This document shows, one piece after another, positions 18,371 through 28,266 of a stretch of 64,000 nt of DNA. Source of the DNA: an uncultured Bacteroidota bacterium (lineage in GTDB: Bacteria > Bacteroidota > Bacteroidia > Flavobacteriales > Flavobacteriaceae); contig CAIWKX010000121.1 of assembly GCA_903913315.1 (NCBI GenBank), positions 11,001 through 75,000 on the forward strand. Direction: 5' to 3'. The stretch's first letter is position 1. Each line of letters starts with the position of its first letter. The translations under genes and the position numbers were made by a program. The notes beneath the pieces are model-generated. The model saw only the letters and a program-made list of their open reading frames with translations. It had not been told where the DNA came from and searched no databases.

Positions 18371-19012
18371 ATGAATAAATTTCTCTCAATTGCTTTACTA
18401 GCATGCATTAGTTTAACCACTAGCGCGCAAGACAAAAAAGCAAAAACCCTTTTAGACGAAGTAACCACAAAAATTAAAAGTTATAATAATATCATAATTG
18501 ACTTTAAATACACATTAAATAATTCCAAAGAAAATATTAATCAAGACAGCAAAGGAAACGTAACACTCCAAGGAAATAAATACGTCTTGAATTTTATGGG
18601 GGTTACTAAAATATTTGATGGCAAAAAAACATATTCCATAGTGCCTGAAGATGAAGAAGTAACCATTTCAAACTTGAATGACAATGATGAAAAGGCCATT
18701 ACGCCTTCTAAAATGTTAACTTTTTTTAATACAGGTTATAAATTCACTTGGGACATTCTTCAAGATGTTAAAGGACGTAAAATTCAGTACATAAAATTAA
18801 GCCCAAATAGCACAAAAGATCAACGTAAAGAAATACTTTTAGGAATAGATATTCAAACTAAAACAATATATAACCTAATAGAGATTGGTAAAAACGGAAC
18901 AAAAACTACTTTGACTGTTAATTCTTTTAAAACCAATCAACCTTTATCAAATAATCAATTTACATTTGTAGCCAGTAAATATCCAAAATACTACATCAAT
19001 AAATTAGATTAA
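18371..19012 (+). CDS. lolA: LolA-like outer-membrane lipoprotein carrier protein
   Basis: Signal peptide starting at ATG 18371. About 210 aa and beta-rich. The position after ftsK is conserved in Flavobacteriia. Confidence 0.65.
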   Translation: MNKFLSIALLACISLTTSAQDKKAKTLLDEVTTKIKSYNNIIIDFKYTLNNSKENINQDSKGNVTLQGNKYVLNFMGVTKIFDGKKTYSIVPEDEEVTISNLNDNDEKAITPSKMLTFFNTGYKFTWDILQDVKGRKIQYIKLSPNSTKDQRKEILLGIDIQTKTIYNLIEIGKNGTKTTLTVNSFKTNQPLSNNQFTFVASKYPKYYINKLD

Positions 19013-19017
19013 TCTTT

Positions 19018-20856
19018 GTGAAAATATTAGATAAGTATTTATTAAAAACATTCTTGATTACATTTACAACTGTATTTGTAATCTTGTTTTTTATATTTAT
19101 ACTTCAAACGGTTTGGTTATTTATTTCAGAACTAGCTGGTAAAGATTTAGATTTTATCTTAGTAGTAAAGTTTCTTTTATTTTCAATGCCTAGGATAATA
19201 CCACTTGTATTACCTCTTTCAATTTTATTAGCTTCCATAATGACTTTTGGAAGCCTTGCTGAAAACTATGAATTTGCAGCAATGAAATCTTCTGGAATTT
19301 CTTTTCAAAGCACCCTCAGAAGTATAACCATTTTTATTTTACTATTGAGTATCGTTTCTTTCTTTTTTGCCAATAATGTAATTCCTTATGCTGAATATAA
19401 ATTTATTAACTTTAGGAGAAATATAGCACAAGTAAAACCAGCTATGGCAATTGCAGAAGGTCAATTTAGCAAAGTTGGAAATTATACGATAAAAGTAGAA
19501 AAAAAATCGGGCGAAAAAGGGAATTTCTTAAGAGGAGTTACGATCCATAGAAAATTAGATAACGGAGAAGGTAGTACCACTGTTATCAAAGCAGAAAAAG
19601 GAGTGTTGGTAAGTAGTGAGTCCTCCAATATCTTAAAATTAGTACTTTATAATGGGAATTATTACGAAGATATTATTCCCAAAGCATACAACCAAAGAAA
19701 CAAAATTCCTTTTGCCAAAGGAACGTTCAAGAAAGATGTCATCAACATAGATTTGTCAAAAATAAATCAAACAAGTATGGAAAGCGTAAATCTTTCCAAT
19801 ACGACAACAATGCTCAACATCAATGAATTGCGATTTACGCTCGATTCTCTAAATAAGAATTACAAGAAAGAATTACATTCTAACATAGAAAATTTATACT
19901 TACGTACTGGTGTTGGAAATGCGTACTACACACCACCCTATGCTGCTTTACATTTAAAAAAAATCATCGGAAATGATTTTTTAAGCTACCTTACTGATAT
20001 TCAAAAAAGAGAAGCTATTCGAATTGCCATTAATAATATTGAAAATACTGGCTTTTCTATTGATAGTTCTGTTATTGAAATGGAAGCTAAAGATAAAAAT
20101 ATTAACAGTCATTGGATTGCAATCTATGACAAGTTTATGATTCCATTTTCTTGTGTCCTAATGTTTTTTATTGGAGCACCCCTTGGAGCCATTATTCGAA
20201 AAGGAGGCTTAGGGTTACCGATTGTTTTTGCTGTTTCTATTTTTATAACCTTTCACTTCATTAACACTTTTGGACAAAGAGTAGCACAAGAAAACGGAAT
20301 GCCTGCTTTTATGGGAGTATGGTTGTCGTCAATGATTCTTACTCCATTAGCCATACTGCTCACCTATAGAGCCATAAATGATATTGGAGGAATGATTACT
20401 TTCGATAGAGTAATAGTCCCATTTCAAAAATTTGTGGAGTACACTAAATTGAATACTATTTTTTCTAAAGAAGAAAGCAATGCAAATAAGCAACAATTTT
20501 CAGATGAAAAACTGACAAAAGAACTACTGGAAAGTATTAAGATAGATACTAATAAGTATTCAAAAATGACAAATATAACTTTGGGATTATATGCCACCTC
20601 ATTACTTTGTTTAACAGCATACTTAAAATACAATACTCTCATTTTAAATATATTAACCATTATAATCGTTGTTATATTTTTATATTTTGCATTCAAATCA
20701 CAACAATGCGTCGAGAATATCGAAACTAAAACAAATACAATTATTGAGCCTGGAACTACTATTGCACTTTTAGTGGCATTCCCATTTTATTTCATAATAT
20801 ACTATTTAAATAAAATGGCTATTAAAAAAATTACTGCACCAGATAACAAACACTAA
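19018..20856 (+). CDS. LptF/LptG-family permease with an extended C-terminal membrane region
   Basis: N-terminus MKILDKYLLKTFL... (GTG start), with the YjgP/YjgQ-type TM pattern and a periplasmic insert. There are ~150 extra C-terminal residues carrying additional TM segments. Confidence 0.8.
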   Translation: MKILDKYLLKTFLITFTTVFVILFFIFILQTVWLFISELAGKDLDFILVVKFLLFSMPRIIPLVLPLSILLASIMTFGSLAENYEFAAMKSSGISFQSTLRSITIFILLLSIVSFFFANNVIPYAEYKFINFRRNIAQVKPAMAIAEGQFSKVGNYTIKVEKKSGEKGNFLRGVTIHRKLDNGEGSTTVIKAEKGVLVSSESSNILKLVLYNGNYYEDIIPKAYNQRNKIPFAKGTFKKDVINIDLSKINQTSMESVNLSNTTTMLNINELRFTLDSLNKNYKKELHSNIENLYLRTGVGNAYYTPPYAALHLKKIIGNDFLSYLTDIQKREAIRIAINNIENTGFSIDSSVIEMEAKDKNINSHWIAIYDKFMIPFSCVLMFFIGAPLGAIIRKGGLGLPIVFAVSIFITFHFINTFGQRVAQENGMPAFMGVWLSSMILTPLAILLTYRAINDIGGMITFDRVIVPFQKFVEYTKLNTIFSKEESNANKQQFSDEKLTKELLESIKIDTNKYSKMTNITLGLYATSLLCLTAYLKYNTLILNILTIIIVVIFLYFAFKSQQCVENIETKTNTIIEPGTTIALLVAFPFYFIIYYLNKMAIKKITAPDNKH

Positions 20857-20876
20857 CACACATAACAAAAGATACA

Positions 20877-22007
20877 ATGTCAAACAACATTCAACTCAAT
20901 TCTATTGAAGAAGCTATTGAAGACATCCGCCAAGGTAAAATAATTATTGTAGTAGATGATGAAGATCGTGAAAACGAAGGCGATTTTCTGGCTGCTGCCG
21001 AAAAAGTAACACCTGAAATGATTAATTTCATGGCAACCCATGGAAGAGGACTAATATGTGTGCCTCTTACAGAAAGTCGTTGTAAAGAATTGGAATTAAA
21101 TACTATGGTCAATAATAATACAGATATTATGCAAACTGCATTTACTGTATCTGTAGATTTACGTGGAAATGGGGTGACAACCGGAATATCTGCCTCAGAT
21201 CGAGCAAAAACAGTACAAGCTTTGGTTGATGCTAATACGAAACCTCACGATTTAGGTCGTCCTGGTCATATTTTCCCTTTAATTGCTAAGCAAGGTGGCG
21301 TTTTAAGAAGAACTGGACATACAGAAGCTGCCATTGATTTTGCAAGGCTAGCCGGTTTTAAATCAGCAGGCGTTATAGTTGAAATTATGAATGATGACGG
21401 AACTATGGCCCGATTACCACAATTGGTAAAAGTGGCTAAAAAGTTTGATTTAAAATTAGTTTCTATAGAAGCTTTAGTGGCTTATAGAATGCAACATGAT
21501 AGTTTGATTGTGAAAAAAGAAGACTTTGAAATTCAAACCCGTTTTGGTGATTTTAGATTACGAGCTTACCTTCAAACAACCAATAAACAAGTTCATATTG
21601 CCTTAACAAAAGGAAGTTGGAGCAATGGTGAAGCAATTCTTACACGCATCAATTCTACACAAATCAATAATGACATTCTAGAAACATTAACAAACAACGC
21701 CGACAAGAAATTAGATGATATGTTCAAGTTAATCAATGAAGAAGGTAAAGGGGCTGTACTTTTTATCAATCAAGAAGTCCAATCTTTGGATCTGTTAAAC
21801 CGATTGAAAGAACTGAAAATTTTACAAGAACAAGGAATACTAAATGCACCACAAATAAAAATGGATGCCAAAGACTTTGGAATTGGAGCACAAATATTAC
21901 ACGATATTGATATTTCTAAAATAAAACTAATTACAAACACTCACCAAACAAAACGGGTAGGGATGATTGGTTACGGATTAGAAATTACCGATTATGTGAC
22001 CTATTAA
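20877..22007 (+). CDS. ribBA: Bifunctional 3,4-dihydroxy-2-butanone-4-phosphate synthase / GTP cyclohydrolase II-like protein
   Basis: VVDDEDRENEGD and HTEAAIDFARLAG DHBP-synthase motifs, plus a C-terminal GCH-II-like domain. Confidence 0.9.
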   Translation: MSNNIQLNSIEEAIEDIRQGKIIIVVDDEDRENEGDFLAAAEKVTPEMINFMATHGRGLICVPLTESRCKELELNTMVNNNTDIMQTAFTVSVDLRGNGVTTGISASDRAKTVQALVDANTKPHDLGRPGHIFPLIAKQGGVLRRTGHTEAAIDFARLAGFKSAGVIVEIMNDDGTMARLPQLVKVAKKFDLKLVSIEALVAYRMQHDSLIVKKEDFEIQTRFGDFRLRAYLQTTNKQVHIALTKGSWSNGEAILTRINSTQINNDILETLTNNADKKLDDMFKLINEEGKGAVLFINQEVQSLDLLNRLKELKILQEQGILNAPQIKMDAKDFGIGAQILHDIDISKIKLITNTHQTKRVGMIGYGLEITDYVTY

Positions 22008-22088
22008 GAGTCTAAAATTCATTTCTCATTGTCAAAAAAACGTTTAAAACTAATAGAAAACACTTTTTGGTACTTCTTTTTTTTAAAC

Positions 22089-22096
22089 TAAATTTG
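22089..22096 (+). promoter_or_regulatory. Candidate -7 box (TAAATTTG) for purL
   Basis: Matches TAnnTTTG 58 nt upstream of ATG 22154. Confidence 0.4.
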
Positions 22097-22153
22097 CACA
22101 ACAACAATGTAAAGACAAGTCCATGATTTGTCTCTACACAACAACACAACACA

Positions 22154-25100
22154 ATGATTCACTTTTTCGGAAACGAAACTAACACTGTATTTGCTGTTCA
22201 ATCGCAAAGCGAGTTATCGACAGCAACCATCTCAAAATTAAATTGGCTTTTTGGTAATGCTCATAAAATAGATAAATCCGTTCTTACGGATTTTTTTGTT
22301 GGTCCTCGTGCCGCTATGATTACACCTTGGAGTACTAACGCTGTTGAAATTACCCAAAATATGGGGATCGATGGAATAATTAGAATCGAAGAATTTGAAA
22401 AAGTGACAATTGATTTCTCTGATTTCGATCCGATGTTATCCCAAAAATATGCAGAATTACATCAAGATATTTTCACCATAAACATCCTACCCGAAGCTAT
22501 TCTTGACATTGAAAACATAGCAATTTATAACAAACAAGAAGGCTTGGCATTGAGCCAAGACGAAGTAGAGTACTTAGAAAACTTATCTGTAAAACTAAAC
22601 AGAAAACTAACCGACTCAGAAGTATTTGGGTTCTCCCAAGTGAATTCAGAACACTGTCGTCATAAAATTTTCAATGGTACATTTGTGATTGACGGAGAAG
22701 AAAAACCTTCTTCCTTATTCAAACTAATTAAGAAAACAGCAGCCGAAAATCCAAATGATATTGTATCTGCCTACAAAGATAATGTAGCGTTTATTAAAGG
22801 TCCTACAGTGGAACAATTCGCTCCCAATAGCGCCGACAAACCTGATTTCTATTCTAAAAAAGAATTTGAGGCTGTTATTTCATTAAAAGCAGAAACACAT
22901 AATTTCCCAACGACCGTAGAACCTTTTAATGGTGCAGCCACTGGTTCAGGTGGTGAAATACGAGATAGATTAGCAGGAGGACAAGGTTCGTTACCATTAG
23001 CTGGTACTGCCGTTTACATGACAGCCTACTCTCGTCTGGAAAAAAATCACTCTTGGGAAAAAGGCATGACGGAAAGAAAATGGTTGTACCAAACACCAAT
23101 GGATATTTTAATCAAAGCATCAAATGGTGCTTCTGACTTTGGAAATAAATTTGGTCAACCTCTAATTACGGGTTCTATTTTAACTTTTGAACATGACGAA
23201 TCTTCTAGAACCTCAGGGTCAACTTCGAAAAATTCAGGGTACGATAATAGAAAATTAGGATACGATAAAGTAATTATGCAAGCAGGCGGCATTGGTTACG
23301 GAAAAGCTTCTCAAGCCCAAAAGCAAGAACCGCAAACTGGAGACAAAATTGTAATTCTAGGGGGTGAAAATTATAGAATTGGAATGGGTGGCGCTGCTGT
23401 TTCATCAGCAGACACAGGTGCGTTAGGCTCTGGAATTGAATTGAACGCTATACAACGTTCGAATCCTGAAATGCAAAAACGTGCTGCTAATGCCATCCGT
23501 GGATTGGTAGAAAGCAATGAAAACCCAATAGTATCCATCCACGATCACGGCGCTGGCGGCCATCTAAATTGTCTTTCAGAACTTGTAGAAGCAACGGGTG
23601 GATTAATCGATTTAGACAAATTACCTGTGGGAGATCCAACACTTTCTGCTAAAGAAATTATAGGTAACGAAAGCCAAGAACGCATGGGATTGGTAATTGG
23701 TCAAAAAGATATAGATACCTTACAAAGAATTGCCGACAGAGAACGTTCGCCAATGTATCAGGTGGGTGAAGTTACCGGTGACCATCGTTTTACCTTTAAA
23801 AGCAAGACTACTGGAGCCAAACCCATGGATTTTGCTTTGGAAGATATGTTCGGAAGTTCTCCAAAAACAATAATGGCTGACAAAACCATTAATAGAAAAT
23901 ATGCCGAATTAGAGTACTCACAAGATAACATTCCAAACTATTTAGAAAACGTACTTCAATTAGAAGCTGTGGCTTGTAAAGATTGGTTAACCAATAAAGT
24001 GGATCGTTGTGTGGGAGGTAAAGTAGCCAAACAACAATGTGCAGGACCATTACAATTACCATTAAACAATGTTGGTGTAATGGCTTTGGATTATAAAGGG
24101 AAAGAAGGAATTGCCACTTCCATTGGACATGCTCCAATCTCAGCCTTGATTGACTCAAAAGCCGGTAGTAGAAATGCCATTGGTGAAGCTTTATCCAATA
24201 TCGTTTTTGCGCCTTTAAAAGACAATTTGAAAAGTGTTTCACTTTCTGCCAATTGGATGTGGGCGTGTAAAAATGAAGGGGAAGATGCTCGTTTGTACGA
24301 AGCGGTTGAAGCCTGCTCTGATTTTGCTATTGAATTAGGAATCAATATTCCAACAGGAAAAGATTCGCTTTCCATGAAACAAAAATACCCTAATGACGAA
24401 GTAATTGCACCCGGAACGGTTATTATTTCGGCAGCTGGAAATTGTTCTAATATTACTAAAGTAGTGGAACCTATTTTACAACGCAGTGGAGGTTCCATTT
24501 ACTATATTAATTTATCTCAAGATGATTTCAAATTGGGAGGAAGTTCATTCGCTCAAACCTTGAATAAGATTGGAACTGAGACACCAACCATTAAAGATTC
24601 AGCCTTTTTCAAAAAAGCTTTTAACACCATTCAAGATTTAATAAAAGAAAGACAAATCGTTGCTGGACATGACATTGGAAGTGGTGGATTAATTACCACA
24701 CTATTAGAAATGTGTTTCGCCGATGTGAATTTAGGCGCTACAATAGCATTTGATGCCTTCAAAGAAAAAGATTTAGTAAAAATCCTATTTGCTGAAAATA
24801 TCGGAATTGTGCTTCAAGCGAAAGAGGATGAAACATTTGAAAAAGCTTTTGAAGGATTGGAAATTTTCAAAATTGGTACCGTTGAAAACTCAGATATCTT
24901 AAAAGTGAATGAATTCACGTTCCAAATTTCAAGTGTAAGAGATACTTGGTTTAAAACCTCTTTCCTACTCGACCAAAAACAAAACAAAAACAACAAAGCA
25001 AAAGAACGATTTGATAACTACAAAAATCAAAAGTTAAATTATACTTTTCCAAACCATTTTACAGGATTACAACCTATAATCGATGCGTCAAAACCTCGTC

Positions 25101-25843
25101 CGAAAGCCGCCATTATTCGTGAAAAAGGAAGTAATTCCGAGCGTGAAATGGCCAATGCAATGTACGTAGCCGGATTCGATGTCAAAGACGTACACATGAC
25201 CGATTTAATCTCAGGTAGGGAAACACTTGAAGACATCCAATTTATTGGTGCTGTTGGCGGATTCTCTAATTCGGATGTTTTAGGCTCGGCTAAAGGTTGG
25301 GCAGGTGCTTTCTTATACAATGAAAAAGCAAAAAAGGCCCTTCGAAATTTCTATAAAAGAGGAGATACACTTTCAGTTGGAATTTGCAATGGCTGTCAAT
25401 TATTTATGGAATTGGAATTAATCAATCCAGAACATGAAATTCATGGCAAAATGCATCATAATGATTCACACAAACATGAAAGCATCTTTACATCAGTAAA
25501 AGTGAAAGAAAATAATTCAGTGATGTTATCGACTTTGGCAGGAACAACACTAGGAGTTTGGGTTTCTCATGGGGAAGGAAAATTCAAATTACCTTATGAA
25601 GAAAATCAATACAATATCGTAGCAAAATATGCTTACGAAGGTTATCCAGCCAATCCAAATGGTTCCGATTACAATACCGCTATGATGTGCGATGCTACTG
25701 GAAGACACTTGGTAATGATGCCACATATTGAACGTTCAACATACCCATGGAATTGGGCCTATTATCCTACCGATAAAAAAGATGAAGTTTCACCATGGAT
25801 AGAAGCGTTTGTCAATGCTCGATTGTGGATTGAAAAGCAATAA
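22154..25843 (+). CDS. purL: Phosphoribosylformylglycinamidine synthase (single-chain large form)
   Basis: 1229 aa with an N-terminal PurS-like region, AIR-synthase-like repeats and a C-terminal glutaminase domain (GICNGCQ). Confidence 0.95.
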   Translation: MIHFFGNETNTVFAVQSQSELSTATISKLNWLFGNAHKIDKSVLTDFFVGPRAAMITPWSTNAVEITQNMGIDGIIRIEEFEKVTIDFSDFDPMLSQKYAELHQDIFTINILPEAILDIENIAIYNKQEGLALSQDEVEYLENLSVKLNRKLTDSEVFGFSQVNSEHCRHKIFNGTFVIDGEEKPSSLFKLIKKTAAENPNDIVSAYKDNVAFIKGPTVEQFAPNSADKPDFYSKKEFEAVISLKAETHNFPTTVEPFNGAATGSGGEIRDRLAGGQGSLPLAGTAVYMTAYSRLEKNHSWEKGMTERKWLYQTPMDILIKASNGASDFGNKFGQPLITGSILTFEHDESSRTSGSTSKNSGYDNRKLGYDKVIMQAGGIGYGKASQAQKQEPQTGDKIVILGGENYRIGMGGAAVSSADTGALGSGIELNAIQRSNPEMQKRAANAIRGLVESNENPIVSIHDHGAGGHLNCLSELVEATGGLIDLDKLPVGDPTLSAKEIIGNESQERMGLVIGQKDIDTLQRIADRERSPMYQVGEVTGDHRFTFKSKTTGAKPMDFALEDMFGSSPKTIMADKTINRKYAELEYSQDNIPNYLENVLQLEAVACKDWLTNKVDRCVGGKVAKQQCAGPLQLPLNNVGVMALDYKGKEGIATSIGHAPISALIDSKAGSRNAIGEALSNIVFAPLKDNLKSVSLSANWMWACKNEGEDARLYEAVEACSDFAIELGINIPTGKDSLSMKQKYPNDEVIAPGTVIISAAGNCSNITKVVEPILQRSGGSIYYINLSQDDFKLGGSSFAQTLNKIGTETPTIKDSAFFKKAFNTIQDLIKERQIVAGHDIGSGGLITTLLEMCFADVNLGATIAFDAFKEKDLVKILFAENIGIVLQAKEDETFEKAFEGLEIFKIGTVENSDILKVNEFTFQISSVRDTWFKTSFLLDQKQNKNNKAKERFDNYKNQKLNYTFPNHFTGLQPIIDASKPRPKAAIIREKGSNSEREMANAMYVAGFDVKDVHMTDLISGRETLEDIQFIGAVGGFSNSDVLGSAKGWAGAFLYNEKAKKALRNFYKRGDTLSVGICNGCQLFMELELINPEHEIHGKMHHNDSHKHESIFTSVKVKENNSVMLSTLAGTTLGVWVSHGEGKFKLPYEENQYNIVAKYAYEGYPANPNGSDYNTAMMCDATGRHLVMMPHIERSTYPWNWAYYPTDKKDEVSPWIEAFVNARLWIEKQ

Positions 25844-25855
25844 TGTAAAATAAAA

Positions 25856-25884
25856 AAACGTTTGAAATATCAAACGTTTTTTTT
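25856..25884 (+). terminator. Rho-independent terminator of purL
   Basis: AAACGTTTG / CAAACGTTT stem followed by a T-run. Confidence 0.75.
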
Positions 25885-25942
25885 ATATCTAAAATAGGAA
25901 AACGACTTATAATTTGCGTTGTCTTATATGAAATTCTATTTA

Positions 25943-26356
25943 TTAATTGCTCGAAACAATAGCTGTTAATTCGGAAAGATGTTCATTAGTCAATGGTTTA
26001 ATAATAAAATCTTTAATTAGTATGTTTTGTTTTGATTTTTCAATATCAGCAGGATTAATAGAAGAACTTAACACATAAATTTCAAAACTAAAATTAAGCG
26101 CATATCTGATTTTATTAAATTCGCTTAAAAACCCCCAACCATCTAAAACAGGCATATTAAGATCCAAAAATATAACCACTAAATCTTTTTTACTTAAAGT
26201 ATTGTTCAGAGTAATAATTTCTCTTATAGCTTCAGCTCCGTTATACAATTGCACTATAGAAGCACCTAATTCAGCCTTTAATAATAATCTTTTATTATAA
26301 AAATTTACTGCATCGTCGTCATCTACTAGTAGGATGGTATTGATTTTTTTAAGCAT
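25943..26356 (-). CDS. Stand-alone response regulator receiver protein
   Basis: LVDDDD acidic pocket, phospho-acceptor context IFLDLNMP and a conserved Lys (IIKP). No output domain. Confidence 0.8.
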   Translation of the reverse strand: MLKKINTILLVDDDDAVNFYNKRLLLKAELGASIVQLYNGAEAIREIITLNNTLSKKDLVVIFLDLNMPVLDGWGFLSEFNKIRYALNFSFEIYVLSSSINPADIEKSKQNILIKDFIIKPLTNEHLSELTAIVSSN

Positions 26357-26404
26357 GTTAATTATTTAGGGGATTAATAACTTTTTCAAATTTAATCATT
26401 TTGA

Positions 26405-26428
26405 TTGAAATATTGAAATATTGAAATA
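26405..26428. repeat. Three perfect tandem copies of TTGAAATA upstream of the response-regulator gene
   Basis: The copies sit at 26405, 26413 and 26421. They lie just upstream (gene sense) of a TAAATTTG -7 box at 26394..26387 on the minus strand. Confidence 0.8.
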
Positions 26429-26723
26429 ATAATTCAAAAAAAAACAAAAACATTTAGATAAAATACAAAATAAAGACAAAAAACAAAAGTTAAAAATAAC
26501 TTATAAAATACGGATAAACTGACCAATCCGCCAAAATTTGAAGTTGAAGAAGTGTCTCCCCTTTTCTAAATTAAATTGTTCAGTCTCAAAAACAAACCTC
26601 TTCATTTTATTAAACACTTTACGCTTGCTAAAAAAATCATATAGTATTTAGTACATCCAAACTATAGCAAAAAAAAGACTAAAGGAATCACATTAGCCTT
26701 TTTTATCGAGTGAATACAATTCA

Positions 26724-28112
26724 TTAGATTCCTGCCACTGCCTTAATCTCATCGATAATTCGCAGCGCTAAGGTGTCAGCAGCGACTTGTGTTGGGGCCT
26801 CTGTATAAATTCTAATAATTGGTTCCGTATTTGATTTTCTTAAATGCACCCACTCTGTTGCAAAATCAATCTTCACACCATCAATAGTAGTAATATCCTC
26901 GTTCTTATACCTTTCTGTCATGGCCATCAAAATCGCATCGACGTCAATCTGTGGTGTTAACTCAATTTTGTTTTTACTCATATAATACTGTGGATAACTA
27001 GCTCTTAATTCAGCTACCGTCATTTCCAAATTGGCCAAATGAGTCAAAAACAAAGCTACTCCTACCAAACTATCACGCCCATAATGTGATGCTGGATAAA
27101 TGATACCTCCATTACCTTCTCCACCAATAATAGCATTCGTCGACTTCATCACAGCAACCACATTCACTTCTCCCACTGCACTAGCTTCATAAGTCCCATT
27201 GTGTTTGTTGGTAATATCACGCAACGCTCGTGATGAACTCATATTAGAAACGGTATTTCCCGGTGTTTTCCCCAAGACATAATCCGCACAGGCTACCAAA
27301 GTATATTCTTCACCAAACATTTCGCCATCATTAGATATAAAAGCCAATCGATCGACATCAGGATCAACTACAATTCCAAAATCAGCTTGTTCTTCTACTA
27401 CCAATTTACAAATATCTCCCAAATGTTCTTTCAAAGGCTCTGGATTATGGGGAAAATGACCATTAGGCTCGCAGTATAATTTTACACACTCTACTCCCAT
27501 TTGTTCCAGTAATTTAGGAATGATAATCCCTCCTGAAGAATTTACACCGTCTACCACTACTTTAAACTTTCTTTTTGCAACGGCTTCAGCATCCACTAAT
27601 GGCAAATTCAATACTTCATCAATATGAATATCCATATAAGCATCATTCACCGTTAATTCTCCCAAAGAATCGACATCCGAAAAATCAAAGGCTTCCGATT
27701 CTGCAATTTCTAAAATCAATTCGCCTTCTTTACCACTTAAAAATTCGCCTTTAGCATTCAATAACTTCAAGGCATTCCACTCTTTTGGATTGTGGGAAGC
27801 GGTAAGAATAATTCCACCATCGGCTTGTTCCAAAGGTACCGCAATTTCTACAGTAGGCGTAGTAGATAGCCCTAAATCTATTACATTGATTCCTAATCCA
27901 AGTAACGTATTCATCACTAAATTATGAATCATCGGACCCGAAATGCGGGCATCACGACCGATAACAACAGTTAATTTATCTTTAGATGTATTTTGTTTTA
28001 AAAAGGTACCGTAAGCCGAAGCAAATTTGACGGCATCAACCGGTGTAAGGTTATCCCCTACTTTTCCGCCAATAGTACCACGAATTCCAGAAATTGATTT
28101 TATTAAGGTCAT
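26724..28112 (-). CDS. glmM: Phosphoglucosamine mutase
   Basis: 462 aa, active-site TASHNP, and alpha-D-phosphohexomutase domain order. Confidence 0.9.
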   Translation of the reverse strand: MTLIKSISGIRGTIGGKVGDNLTPVDAVKFASAYGTFLKQNTSKDKLTVVIGRDARISGPMIHNLVMNTLLGLGINVIDLGLSTTPTVEIAVPLEQADGGIILTASHNPKEWNALKLLNAKGEFLSGKEGELILEIAESEAFDFSDVDSLGELTVNDAYMDIHIDEVLNLPLVDAEAVAKRKFKVVVDGVNSSGGIIIPKLLEQMGVECVKLYCEPNGHFPHNPEPLKEHLGDICKLVVEEQADFGIVVDPDVDRLAFISNDGEMFGEEYTLVACADYVLGKTPGNTVSNMSSSRALRDITNKHNGTYEASAVGEVNVVAVMKSTNAIIGGEGNGGIIYPASHYGRDSLVGVALFLTHLANLEMTVAELRASYPQYYMSKNKIELTPQIDVDAILMAMTERYKNEDITTIDGVKIDFATEWVHLRKSNTEPIIRIYTEAPTQVAADTLALRIIDEIKAVAGI

Positions 28113-28118
28113 ATTTAT

Positions 28119-28258
28119 TTGGGTATTAGGTCTTAGTTTTTTGGGTATTAGGATTTAGTGAAGACAAAGATAACAACTTGAAACCAATAAAAAAATTTGA
28201 ATAAAATTTATATATTTACATCGTTTCAAATTCTTAAGTCCCAAGACCTAATACCCAA
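28119..28258. repeat. Three copies of TTGGGTATTAGG(T/A)(C/T)TT in the glmM/acpH divergent region (two direct, one inverted)
   Basis: Copies at 28119..28136, 28141..28158 and, inverted, 28243..28258. 16 nt are identical between the first and third copies. Confidence 0.85.
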
Positions 28259-28266
28259 TACCTTTA

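Noticed and set aside
20857-20876. FMN riboswitch upstream of ribBA
   Set aside because: Only 20 nt separate ribBA from the preceding gene, which leaves no room for an RFN element. I saw no RFN-like conserved sequence nearby.
23889-24498. 117-aa and 135-aa antisense ORFs inside purL
   Set aside because: They are fully embedded opposite a strongly supported 1229-aa gene. They have no motifs, and their composition is typical of antisense frames in AT-rich genomes.
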